From Candidatus Velamenicoccus archaeovorus (GTDB lineage: Bacteria > Omnitrophota > Gorgyraeia > Velamenicoccales > Velamenicoccaceae), in assembly GCF_004102945.1 (NCBI RefSeq), contig NZ_CP019384.1, positions 600,001 through 632,000 of the forward strand: a DNA stretch of 32,000 nt, written 5' to 3'. Below are positions 1 through 8,541 of the stretch, piece by piece. Below the pieces are notes generated by a model. That model ran no database searches and had not been told where the DNA came from. It worked only from the letters and a program-made list of their open reading frames with translations. The position numbers were made by a program, and so were the translations under genes. Numbering within the stretch: the stretch's first letter is position 1; every line of letters starts with the position of its first letter.

Positions 1-8
1 TCGGGATA

Positions 9-1211
9 ATGCGATTGGACAACTTATCTTTTTCTGTCCTTCTTGATCCTAAAGCAAAAACATTAAATAGAAATAAATATAAGCAGTTAGTCGATAAAAA
101 AATATCTCAAGAATATGGGCACATCCCGAATAAACTATTAACCTATATCAGTCGCCTTACTCATATTTCTTATAGAAATATTTTAAAAGAGTTTGTTTCG
201 AAATATTCTGCTCTTCCAAAGCGCAAGGACATCTCGGAAGAAGAGTATAATTTGGTTGACTCTACAATAAAGAAAATATTCGATAATAAGAAATTTCATT
301 ATTCTTCTGAGCAGTATTTAAGATTGAAATATTACGAGCCTTTGCTTAAGGGAACCAGAGAGCACTACTTGCATTCTTTTCAGGTTATGTTATTAGGGTG
401 TGTAATAATCGATGAATATTATGTTGAATTTGAAAAATATTATAAGAATATATTTCCTAGAGAAAAAAATTTCTCAATCGAATATGTGTGGCTAATAACC
501 TCTATATTTCATGATATTGGTTATCCTTCGCAAAAAGCAAGTAGTTTAATCGGTGATCTTTATGGGTATAGCGAAGACATAGAAGTGGCGGGATTGGACA
601 GAATTGCTGATAAAAGTGATTATCTTCAGGCTGCAATACAACTCCAATCTTTTCTTAGACACTGTTGTTGTAAACGTATCCTTAATAATTGGACTCCTGA
701 AATATTAGAAGATGCTGATTCAACAATTAAAGACATTTTAAGGGAACATCTGATAAAACATAAATCTCATGGGGTAACGTCTTGTTTTCAGTTTCTTACG
801 AGAGTTTTGCGTGAATCAAAGGCTGTAAATAATCGCCCAACAAGGCCATTAATTGTTACTCATGTTATCCCTGCAGTGGCTTCCATAGCATTACATGATA
901 ATAGAATTTGGAAAGAGTTCAGAAAACAAAAGATTTTCCCGATAAATATCAATAGGTTCCCTTTTGCTGTGCTTCTGATTTTTCTAGATAGTCTTCATGA
1001 TTGGAAAAGAAATAATTCTAATGAAGAAACACCTGAGTTTGCCATCTTTGAAGGTTTCGAATTTGGCACAGATTATATTGAAGTAAAGGTCAAATGGGCA
1101 AATCCAGAGCAGTTGGCGAGAAAATTACCTGAATATAAAGATGTAATGAATACCATAAAATTTAATGGAATTAAACTAAAATTACCAGATATTTTATTAA
1201 ATAAAAAATGA
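9..1211 (+). CDS. HD-domain superfamily protein (putative metal-dependent phosphohydrolase), function unknown
   Basis: 400-aa ORF with ordered His/Asp motifs typical of the HD fold (HYLHSFQ, SIFHDIGYP, HKSHGVTS, IALHDN, LDSLHDW). Its TGA stop (1209-1211) overlaps the ATG of the next gene (ATGA). There is no in-frame stop between the window edge and the ATG at 9, so the 5' end may lie upstream. Confidence 0.55.
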   Translation: MRLDNLSFSVLLDPKAKTLNRNKYKQLVDKKISQEYGHIPNKLLTYISRLTHISYRNILKEFVSKYSALPKRKDISEEEYNLVDSTIKKIFDNKKFHYSSEQYLRLKYYEPLLKGTREHYLHSFQVMLLGCVIIDEYYVEFEKYYKNIFPREKNFSIEYVWLITSIFHDIGYPSQKASSLIGDLYGYSEDIEVAGLDRIADKSDYLQAAIQLQSFLRHCCCKRILNNWTPEILEDADSTIKDILREHLIKHKSHGVTSCFQFLTRVLRESKAVNNRPTRPLIVTHVIPAVASIALHDNRIWKEFRKQKIFPININRFPFAVLLIFLDSLHDWKRNNSNEETPEFAIFEGFEFGTDYIEVKVKWANPEQLARKLPEYKDVMNTIKFNGIKLKLPDILLNKK

Positions 1212-2314
1212 GTAAAATTTTATTAGTCGAACCGAATTTTCCCATTCCAGCTAAAAGTAAAAATCATAGGGACTTCTTGCCTGTGGGATTGTTGAAGCTT
1301 GCAAGCTTTCATAGGAATAAAGGAGATGAGATAAAATTAATCAGAGGCAACCAGTATTTTGATGATTTTTACCCCAGTCAAATCAAGATAACATCGCTTT
1401 TTACTTATTGGTCTAATTATGTATGGGATAGCGTTAAGTTTTACAAGGAGGCTTATCCTAAAGCAAAGATAGTCGTTGGGGGGATTTATGCTTCGTTAAT
1501 GCCTGAGCATTGCAAGCAGTCAGGATGCGATGAGGTTTTTGTTGGTGTTGATGAAAGGGTTGAGAAATTCAAGCCTGCTTACGATTTAGTTGATGTTGAC
1601 TATCAGATTGCACATACGAGCAGAGGATGTCTCAGAAAATGCAAGTTTTGCGGAACATGGAAGATTGAGCCGGAATTTATTTCCAAAAAAAGCATAAAAG
1701 ATGAAATTTGTAGTAATAGGATAATCTTTTATGATAATAACCTATTGGCTAATCCGCATATAAAAGAAATACTTGAAGAGCTAAAAAATGCAAAACACAA
1801 TGGAAGGGTTGTTTACTCTGAAAGCCAGTGTGGGATCGACGGGCGGTTGCTTACTTCCGAGGTAGCTAAATTACTCAAACAAGCGCGTTTTCTGAACCCT
1901 CGCATAGCTTGGGACCATGGGTATAGCCAAAAAAAGATGATAAAGAAACAGATAGATATGCTTGTAGCTGCCGGCTACCCAAGAAAAGAAATTTACATTT
2001 TTATGATTTATAATTTTGAACAGGATTACCATGAGATGGTCAAAAAGCTTAATCAATGCCAGAGGTGGGGGGTCCAAATCGCTGATTGCAGATACAGGCC
2101 TTTAAATCAGATATCAGAACATTATAATCCTCGAAAGAGGCAAATGAGTGATGAGTATTACATCCATCCCAGATGGACTGATAGGCAGATAAAGTTGTTC
2201 AGGAGGCGAGTAAGGAGGCAAAATATTAAGGTGAGACATGGCTTCTCCTTTTATAGCAAAAAACTCGAAAGGTTAGGCGCAAGAAAGAAGCGTGCAGAGT
2301 TGATGAGCAAGTGA
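1208..2314 (+). CDS. radical SAM enzyme with N-terminal B12-binding-like domain
   Basis: CxxxCxxC iron-sulfur motif in HTSRGCLRKCKFCGTW. The N-terminal KILLVEPNFP...FLPVGLLKLASF resembles the Rossmann-like B12-binding domain of class-B-type radical SAM proteins. Translationally coupled to the upstream HD gene. Confidence 0.75.
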   Translation: MSKILLVEPNFPIPAKSKNHRDFLPVGLLKLASFHRNKGDEIKLIRGNQYFDDFYPSQIKITSLFTYWSNYVWDSVKFYKEAYPKAKIVVGGIYASLMPEHCKQSGCDEVFVGVDERVEKFKPAYDLVDVDYQIAHTSRGCLRKCKFCGTWKIEPEFISKKSIKDEICSNRIIFYDNNLLANPHIKEILEELKNAKHNGRVVYSESQCGIDGRLLTSEVAKLLKQARFLNPRIAWDHGYSQKKMIKKQIDMLVAAGYPRKEIYIFMIYNFEQDYHEMVKKLNQCQRWGVQIADCRYRPLNQISEHYNPRKRQMSDEYYIHPRWTDRQIKLFRRRVRRQNIKVRHGFSFYSKKLERLGARKKRAELMSK

Positions 2315-2355
2315 ATAGATAACCTGGAGTACTTTGAGAAATCAGGAAGGTAGAA

Positions 2356-2790
2356 ATGCTATATTTTGCTTATGGCTCAAATATGAATAAAAAGCAAATG
2401 AAAGAACGATGTCCAAGCAGCAAATTCATCAAGCGGGCATATGTTGAAGGTTATGAATTTGTCTATGACGGCTATTCCCAGAGCAGAAAGGGTGCTGTAG
2501 CTAATATCATTAAATCAGAAAACGAGAAAGTGTGGGGCTGTCTTTTTGAGATTAACGAAGATAATCTTTCAGCTTTAGATTGTTATGAGGGTTATTTCAG
2601 CAGGGTGTATGACAAAAAAACGATAATGGTTAAGGACGATGAAGGCAAGAGTCATAGCGTCATTGTGTATTTTAGAACAGGCAAGGAAGTGGGTGTTCCT
2701 CATGAGGATTATCAATGTGATGTTATTCAGGGAGCTAAAGATTGCGGGCTACCCGAAGATTATATCAAGAATGTCCTTAATGCAAAGTAA
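2356..2790 (+). CDS. gamma-glutamylcyclotransferase / AIG2-like family protein
   Basis: N-terminal MLYFAYGSNMNKKQMKERCP is the YGSN-type signature of the GGCT/AIG2-like fold, and LDCYEGY provides the conserved Glu region. GGAAGG RBS upstream, 42 nt after the radical SAM gene. Confidence 0.75.
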   Translation: MLYFAYGSNMNKKQMKERCPSSKFIKRAYVEGYEFVYDGYSQSRKGAVANIIKSENEKVWGCLFEINEDNLSALDCYEGYFSRVYDKKTIMVKDDEGKSHSVIVYFRTGKEVGVPHEDYQCDVIQGAKDCGLPEDYIKNVLNAK

Positions 2791-2959
2791 CTTATTTATT
2801 GTCAATGAATAATAGACGTCTCTACATACGTACCTTCGGATGACGAATGGTTGGAAGTCTACAGGACGACATTGCGCTTCCTCAAAGAGCTTTTTCAGGA
2901 TGAGGCGTCCCGTAGCACTAAGAAAAAACAGACCGAAGGTCCTAGTACCACACTTCCCG

Positions 2960-3001
2960 AAAAAAAATGATGGCTGAAATCAGGCTGTCATTTTTTATTT
3001 T
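2960..3001. terminator. A-run / imperfect hairpin / T-run, bidirectional terminator-like element
   Basis: AAAAAAAATGATGGCT-gaaatc-AGGCTGTCATTTTTTATTTT. The stem needs several G:U pairs. It lies between the AT-rich left operon and the transfer region. Confidence 0.35.
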
Positions 3002-3183
3002 CGGGAGGTGCAAAGTTGAAGATAAGGTTATTCTCTGATAAGTTCTGCAAACGGTTAAAGTTATCTGGTTTTTCTATATGTCAGCATGATCTTTGGTTAG
3101 AACATAGATCAGGAAAGCAGGAATCTTTATGTCCTCAAGCCTAATGGGTTGGGGACTTTTTATTTAAGGGAAAGGTACCGAGA

Positions 3184-4557
3184 ATGATCCCCATGGGAAT
3201 ATCTCCTACAGAAGCGGCATTCGAGGTAGTCGGCTTGGTCAATGCCAAGTCGATCATGGACTATCTGTTCATTAATACAAAGACAGGAGCCGCTGTTTTT
3301 TTGATAGGGTTATTGTTTTCTCTGTGGACCGCAGTCAAAGAAGCCGATTATTCATGCCTGTGGGGTTATGTTTTCATGTACTTCGCCTTGCTGTTTATTT
3401 TTATCAAGCCCATGGCGAATATTGCGAATGCTACATCCACCATGGAACAGGCTGGCTGGAATGAAAGCACCACCCAGCAGATCCTGCAAAACACCTTTAT
3501 CGATACCGGAAAGACACAAGCTGGATCTTTAGGGCTCGTTTTTATAAGCCAGGTCTATGATTCCGTTGTTTATGGCACGGTCAGCGCCATCACCCAGGTT
3601 ACCCAGCAGCAGGATTTTAACTATCTCAATAATCCTTTTATCGTAAATAAGGTCTCTTTGTATTTGGGGCATTTTAGCGCTCGTGGCATCACGAAGGATC
3701 CGGTCCTTCGAAAGGACATGGAGGATTTTCTTAAGAACGACTACCCGCAGGCATTGGGAAGGATGCTGAACAACAGCAACGCGCAGACGCAAATAACCAA
3801 GAAATGGTGGCCGGGGGATGAGGATGTAGTGGCGAATTACGACTCTGCTCAACGAAAGAGATGGGAGAATCTGGACTCTCGGCTGAACGACTACATCAAA
3901 AAACAGATCGACACATGGGGATTGGCAGGCACATTTGTCAATCTGTTTGTAGATTATAAGGCTTTAAAGATTTCGTTGCTTTCCAGCGAGATTGGAAAAT
4001 CAGCTGCTCAAATAGCCTCTGGCGAGGCTGGCTATGGCATAAATCCTCAAGGGATTTCCTTGAGCTTGCTTGCTAGAAAGGCGACGGGTGCCTTTGCCTT
4101 TCTAGGTTCTACGGTAGGCCAGTTTTTCTCAAGTTCTTTGGCTGAGTTTATGATCAAGGCCCTGCCTTATTTGGAAGGGTATGCTGTCATGATCATCTAC
4201 AGCCTTTTTCCTTTTACGCTTCTTTTGTGTCTGTTGTTTAGGACCCCAGAGATCCTTAAAGAGTATTTCATCTATCTTTTCTGGGTTAAGTCCTGGGTGA
4301 TTATCTGGGCGCTTATCCATTACGCCTCTCTTTACATGGCCGCGCTACAGGCCAAGTTAGCCTCTGGCACCACCAGCTCTTGGTTTTTCGAGAGGCCTTA
4401 TTTTAATACGGTGACAGGAGTCCTTTTGGTTATGTCTCCAGGCATCGCCTGGTTTATGACCAAAGGTGTGTTGACCGGCATAGGTGAGGCAGCTTCAGCC
4501 TTGACTGTTCATGCGGACAAAGGAACCGGAAAAGTTAGTTCTAAATTGGGAGTTTAG
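3184..4557 (+). CDS. polytopic membrane protein, TraG_N / VirB6-like conjugal transfer protein (tentative)
   Basis: 457 aa. Hydrophobic helices lie at the N-terminus (AAVFLIGLLFSLW, VFMYFALLFIFI) and the C-terminus (AVMIIYSLFPFTLLLCLLF, WVIIWALIHYASLYMAAL, VTGVLLVMSPGIAWF), flanking a soluble region of about 250 aa. This matches the topology of the F TraG N-terminal domain. The call rests on context within the T4SS cluster. Confidence 0.45.
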   Translation: MIPMGISPTEAAFEVVGLVNAKSIMDYLFINTKTGAAVFLIGLLFSLWTAVKEADYSCLWGYVFMYFALLFIFIKPMANIANATSTMEQAGWNESTTQQILQNTFIDTGKTQAGSLGLVFISQVYDSVVYGTVSAITQVTQQQDFNYLNNPFIVNKVSLYLGHFSARGITKDPVLRKDMEDFLKNDYPQALGRMLNNSNAQTQITKKWWPGDEDVVANYDSAQRKRWENLDSRLNDYIKKQIDTWGLAGTFVNLFVDYKALKISLLSSEIGKSAAQIASGEAGYGINPQGISLSLLARKATGAFAFLGSTVGQFFSSSLAEFMIKALPYLEGYAVMIIYSLFPFTLLLCLLFRTPEILKEYFIYLFWVKSWVIIWALIHYASLYMAALQAKLASGTTSSWFFERPYFNTVTGVLLVMSPGIAWFMTKGVLTGIGEAASALTVHADKGTGKVSSKLGV

Positions 4558-4700
4558 AGGACAAATTAATGCACATTTTAATTGGTGAAGAATTGGGAGG
4601 GTATCTAAATTATTTTAACAGGCTTACGCGGACAATTCCGGCACGGCTTTTATCGCGCATCCTGTTGAGCTATGAGCGCATTATGCCATTTTCCCGCGTC

Positions 4701-4741
4701 AGCCTTCGGGTTGTATTTTCCCAACCTCTTTGCCGAAGGCT
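4701..4741. repeat. nested inverted repeat in the 264-nt gap upstream of the Replic_Relax/T4CP genes (candidate oriT or operator)
   Basis: AGCCTTCGG (4701-4709) pairs with CCGAAGGCT (4733-4741). An inner GGTTG (4709-4713) pairs with CAACC (4722-4726). Confidence 0.3.
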
Positions 4742-4821
4742 ACCGCATGTTTCTTCCGCCCAATCCCCCAAAAATCCATTCACCCCACCCCCACCCAGGG
4801 GGCCAATAGAAAGGCAGGATT

Positions 4822-5586
4822 ATGAAGAGAGGTAGAATCACTCAAGAAGAACAAGCGCGCAGGATTAAACTTCTGGCCGGCTTTTTATTTACTTTTAGAT
4901 ACGCCACAAGAACCCAGATGGAGACATTCATTCAGCTGATCGTAAATATATCTCATACGCGTTGGCTGATAGATTATTCGCTCAAAAAGGACTTTGTGAG
5001 TGTTTACTATGAGCCCTTATTAAGGACAAAAATCTACTATCTGGGTCCCAAAGGCAAGCAACTCATCTCCCAGGAGGCCATGATCGAATACTACCATTTT
5101 GAGAAGAGCTATGCCGGGATCAATACCTTTGCTCATCAGAATGCCACAGTAGAGGCCTTCTTCATGTTGAAAAGCCATCTTAATATCCAGGAATGGATCT
5201 GTGAATGGGCCCTGCGGGTAGGAAAAGAACCCCGCGAAAAGATACCCGATGGCCTGCTGGTCCTTCCGGATGGAACAAGGGCAGCCCTGGAGGTAGAGAC
5301 CAGGTACAAGAAGCTCGATGTTTTAAGATACTTCGTTAAAAGATACCACTATGACATCACCAGGGTCTCCAGGTATGACTGCGTCCTGGTCATTTCCGCA
5401 AGCAGGTTAAATTACGAGGGGCTGAAAACCCGGCTTTACAACATAGCTCCTGAGCTTTGCGCGAGCAGGTTCTTCCTGAGTGACCTGGGCATGCTTGAGC
5501 AGGGGATGTGTTTTTACCAGAACAAATTGATCCATCTGGAAGATGCCTTTGGAATATTAAGGCAAAATGGGGAGAAGAAGCCATGA
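4822..5586 (+). CDS. replication-relaxation (Replic_Relax) family protein
   Basis: N-terminal winged-helix-like pattern (LLAGFLFTFRYATRTQMETF ... IYYLGPKGKQLI) and a C-terminal IPDGLLVLPDGTRAALEVETRYKK acidic motif typical of this family. The TGA stop overlaps the ATG of the coupling protein (ATGA at 5583-5586). Confidence 0.5.
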   Translation: MKRGRITQEEQARRIKLLAGFLFTFRYATRTQMETFIQLIVNISHTRWLIDYSLKKDFVSVYYEPLLRTKIYYLGPKGKQLISQEAMIEYYHFEKSYAGINTFAHQNATVEAFFMLKSHLNIQEWICEWALRVGKEPREKIPDGLLVLPDGTRAALEVETRYKKLDVLRYFVKRYHYDITRVSRYDCVLVISASRLNYEGLKTRLYNIAPELCASRFFLSDLGMLEQGMCFYQNKLIHLEDAFGILRQNGEKKP

Positions 5587-7847
5587 ATAAGGGCTTAAGT
5601 TTTAAAAGCGTGTTTATAAGGCTGCTATTGCTGCTGCCGTTCCTCTACATGGGTATTGGCTGGGCCATAGGCCTAAATTATGCCAGAAAGGGCCTTGTTT
5701 TGGGACCTTATCCGGATATCCCTGTTGTCGTCAAAACAAGCCTGTTTGGATCTTCGCTTGAGGATATATCCGGAGCAGCTGGATTGGTGACCCTGGCGCC
5801 ACCAGGAGCCAGCATGGGTAGTGATGATTCGATGCATTTTAACATACAGGGATATTTTGAGGTTCCGGAAAGCTGGGTGTTTGATTTTCCACCCAGCTAT
5901 GAGAAAGGCCCTGGATCCGGCCTAGGCAGAAGCTTTCTTTTGACCGGAAGCTATGGACGGGCCCAAGCGTATGAGCTGAAAACTCCTGGTCACTCCATAG
6001 GGAGTTTGTCCGTCAGCCAGCTGTATGATTTTTTAAGGGCCACAGGAAGAACCGGGGACATGGAGAAGTTGAGGCCGTACCTCGTTCTTGAGAGGTTCCA
6101 AGAGAAATATCCCTGGGTTTTTTCTGACACTGTGCTTTTGTCCAGGACTATGGGAAACGTCTTTTCTAAGAATCTCATTCCCTATGACATCCTGGGTTTA
6201 GTGGGGTTGTTTGTCTTGGCGATAGCCTTGAGCGCAAGGAACATTTGGTTGTGGCTGTATTATCTCTACTGGGTCTCTGCCTATTGGCTCGCCAGGATCG
6301 GCTTCCATAATCCGAATTTTGCTTTTAGCCCTGAAGGCTGGCAGGTTATCGTTTGGAGCTTCTGGCACGGGTTCATCCAAAAAGAAGGCAGACTCTTTTT
6401 GGTCTGTGCCGTAGGGTTGTCAGCCGTTCTTTTTGGGATCCTGGGGTTTTTGTATCTGGTTAAACACGTTCTGCCGCGCAAGAAACGGGAGCTGGAGGAT
6501 TTTCTGAAGATAGATAGGGATATCCAAAAGAGAAAGGAGCTCTCTATTGAGAGCGTTGAATTCAAGAAGGTGCATTACGACATCGAAAGAAAGCTTATTC
6601 GATACAAGAAAACAGACAAATACTTTTTAGGCGTCTCTGATGAGAAAGAGGATGTTGTCCTGGATGAGAATATCCTCAACCACCATCTGCATGTCTTGGG
6701 TTCTACAGGCAGCGGCAAGACCTCACTGGTCGTCTTGCCGCTGGCCAGACAGGCCCTGGATAAGCTGAGAGGGTGTTGTTTCATAGACTTCAAGGGAGAT
6801 GAGGTCTTCAAAAAATATGTCCAGAAGAAAGCCTGGGAGAATAAGAAGAAGTTTTACTACTTCAGTATCGATCCTAATGAGGTATCCATCGGCTACAACC
6901 CGCTGTCTTCAGGGGATGTCCTTTCCAAGGTCGACAGAATCATGACTGCCCTTGAGTTGATCTATCAGGGGCCGGCCGGTTTTTATTCCAATGTCCAGGC
7001 CATGACTTTTGTCGAACTCTTGAAAAAGATGGCCGCGCAAAAACAGGAGATAAATTTCCTTCATGTTAAGGAAGACCTGGATGATCCGCGTTTCCTTATG
7101 TCGGTTGACGTCAGAAGCCAGGAGGTCAAGGGGCTATTGGCCGCGATCTCCTGGATCGCGGAAGTTGAGGTCATTAACCGCGATCAACTGGATTTATCCG
7201 AGGTGATCAAAAAGGGGGGCGTGGCGTTCTTTGCCTTAAAGAGCCAGGTGAATACCAGGCTTGCCGAGGCCATAGGCAGGATGCTTATTATCGATTTGAA
7301 ATCCCAGGCTGTTTTGCGCAAGGAGACGGATCAGCCTTATTTTATCTTCATCGATGAATTTCAGAATCTGGCGTGTTCGCACTTCGTTGATGTGATCTCC
7401 AAGGTCAGGAGCGCCAATCTCTGCCTGGTCTTGTCCAACCAGTCGCGGGGGAATTTGTCAAGTGTCTCAGGGGCATTTGAGAACGCGATTTTTACCAATA
7501 CCGCGACTAAGGTCATCTTTGCCCAGGAAGACCCGCTTGATGCAAGATTCTGGTCTGAAAAGACCGGGCAAACCACCTACCAGGACAAGAGCGTCTTCCA
7601 GGTGGACACAATGGCAACGGATAACAACGGCGCCAGGCTTGACGGCTTAAGGTCTGCGCAGGGCAATATCCATACAGCCAAGAAGAAATATGTTTCAGAG
7701 AACGTGTTTTTGAGGCTGCCCTTTGCCAAATCCGTGATCTTCTCCCGCGGGAAACTCACCCGCATAGCGAACCACGAGTTTTTATTTAACAAGGCAGAAA
7801 GGGATAGACTCATATCCCTGCCGTTCGAAAATAAGGAGAGCAGGTAG
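5583..7847 (+). CDS. traD: type IV secretion coupling protein (TraD/VirD4 family ATPase)
   Basis: Walker A VLGSTGSGKTSLV and Walker B YFIFIDEFQNL. N-terminal TM helices (LLLLLPFLYMGIGWAIGL, LVGLFVLAIALSA, LWLYYLYWVSAYWLA, VCAVGLSAVLFGILGFLYLV). Start chosen at ATG 5583 (GGGGAG RBS, ATGA coupling) rather than the ORF-track start at 5508. Confidence 0.8.
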   Translation: MNKGLSFKSVFIRLLLLLPFLYMGIGWAIGLNYARKGLVLGPYPDIPVVVKTSLFGSSLEDISGAAGLVTLAPPGASMGSDDSMHFNIQGYFEVPESWVFDFPPSYEKGPGSGLGRSFLLTGSYGRAQAYELKTPGHSIGSLSVSQLYDFLRATGRTGDMEKLRPYLVLERFQEKYPWVFSDTVLLSRTMGNVFSKNLIPYDILGLVGLFVLAIALSARNIWLWLYYLYWVSAYWLARIGFHNPNFAFSPEGWQVIVWSFWHGFIQKEGRLFLVCAVGLSAVLFGILGFLYLVKHVLPRKKRELEDFLKIDRDIQKRKELSIESVEFKKVHYDIERKLIRYKKTDKYFLGVSDEKEDVVLDENILNHHLHVLGSTGSGKTSLVVLPLARQALDKLRGCCFIDFKGDEVFKKYVQKKAWENKKKFYYFSIDPNEVSIGYNPLSSGDVLSKVDRIMTALELIYQGPAGFYSNVQAMTFVELLKKMAAQKQEINFLHVKEDLDDPRFLMSVDVRSQEVKGLLAAISWIAEVEVINRDQLDLSEVIKKGGVAFFALKSQVNTRLAEAIGRMLIIDLKSQAVLRKETDQPYFIFIDEFQNLACSHFVDVISKVRSANLCLVLSNQSRGNLSSVSGAFENAIFTNTATKVIFAQEDPLDARFWSEKTGQTTYQDKSVFQVDTMATDNNGARLDGLRSAQGNIHTAKKKYVSENVFLRLPFAKSVIFSRGKLTRIANHEFLFNKAERDRLISLPFENKESR

Positions 7848-7869
7848 TATGTTCAATTTTTGAACATAC
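7847..7869. promoter_or_regulatory. perfect 10-bp inverted repeat GTATGTTCAA-ttt-TTGAACATAC
   Basis: Read directly. It begins at the last base of the T4CP stop codon and lies 41 nt upstream of the pilin-like gene. No T-tract follows, so an operator is as likely as a terminator. Confidence 0.4.
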
Positions 7870-7909
7870 CAAACGAGGCTTATCAAACAGAGAGGAGGTT
7901 TTAAAAGCT

Positions 7910-8233
7910 ATGCAGACGAATTTTATTGCAAAAAGGAGTGCATTAAAGATGTGTGCTGTCCTGTGTTTGGTTTTGGGCTTATTCCTGATGCTTGCGCCTT
8001 TTGTCTTAGCGCAGGTGGATACGAGCCAGGAACAGCAGATTGTCAGTGATTTTGCCACTTTTATCATTAACATCCTGACCGGGCCTGTGTCAAAGATCTT
8101 GAGTGCGACCCTGCTCATTGGAGGGGTGGTTGCGCTTTTAAACGGAAAACAGGGGATGGCTATCGCCTGCGGTTTCGGGTTCATGATCCTGATGTTTATA
8201 CCCAAGATCCTCCAGGGGTTGTTCAAAACATAA
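7910..8233 (+). CDS. T4SS pilin-like small membrane protein (VirB2/TrbC/TraA analogue, TIGR03745-like)
   Basis: 107 aa with a signal-like N-terminus ending VLAQ, then two hydrophobic helices (IINILTGPVSKILSATLLIGGVVALL, IACGFGFMILMFIP). It is the first gene in the F-type order pilin-L-E-K-B-V-C. Confidence 0.5.
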   Translation: MQTNFIAKRSALKMCAVLCLVLGLFLMLAPFVLAQVDTSQEQQIVSDFATFIINILTGPVSKILSATLLIGGVVALLNGKQGMAIACGFGFMILMFIPKILQGLFKT

Positions 8234-8541
8234 TGAAAAAGTGTGTCCGTACTATCGATAGGCCTTTGCTTCTTTTTGACCTGGAACCAGAAGACGTGGG
8301 GATCCTGGCCTTGGCCAGCGGATTCATGATCATTTTCTTTGATCCGTTTTATGCAGGTACGGTTTTCTTTGGGGGATGGGTGGCTTTTAGGTTAGTCAAG
8401 CAGGGCAAACCCCAGGGGTATCTCACGCACCTGTTCTATAAACACGGAGTGAGGATCAAGGGTTTAATCGAGCCGCCGAAGCTTGTTCAGAGGTATTCGG
8501 TCTTTGGAGGAGGTGATCGCAATGCAGATGCAGAGTTTTAG
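8233..8541 (+). CDS. traL: TraL/VirB3-like T4SS protein (TIGR03750-like)
   Basis: IDRPLLLFDLEPEDVGILAL followed by a TM helix and KQGKPQGYLTHLFY matches the TraL pattern (xLDxPxxxxxxxxDE, then G.l.h..Y). The ATG overlaps the upstream stop (TAATG). Confidence 0.55.
   Translation: MKKCVRTIDRPLLLFDLEPEDVGILALASGFMIIFFDPFYAGTVFFGGWVAFRLVKQGKPQGYLTHLFYKHGVRIKGLIEPPKLVQRYSVFGGGDRNADAEF

Noticed and set aside
9-1211. HD-domain protein as a MOB_H (TraI-type, HD-containing) relaxase
   Set aside because: At 400 aa it is much shorter than the roughly 600-1000 aa I recall for MOB_H relaxases. It sits in a compositionally distinct operon coupled to a radical SAM enzyme and is separated from the T4CP by several kb. 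This cannot be excluded without a profile search.
4569-4835. 88-aa ORF filling the gap before the Replic_Relax gene
   Set aside because: It has no RBS, is rich in Pro/Arg/Ser, and spans inverted repeats and a C-tract. It is more plausibly non-coding regulatory or oriT DNA.
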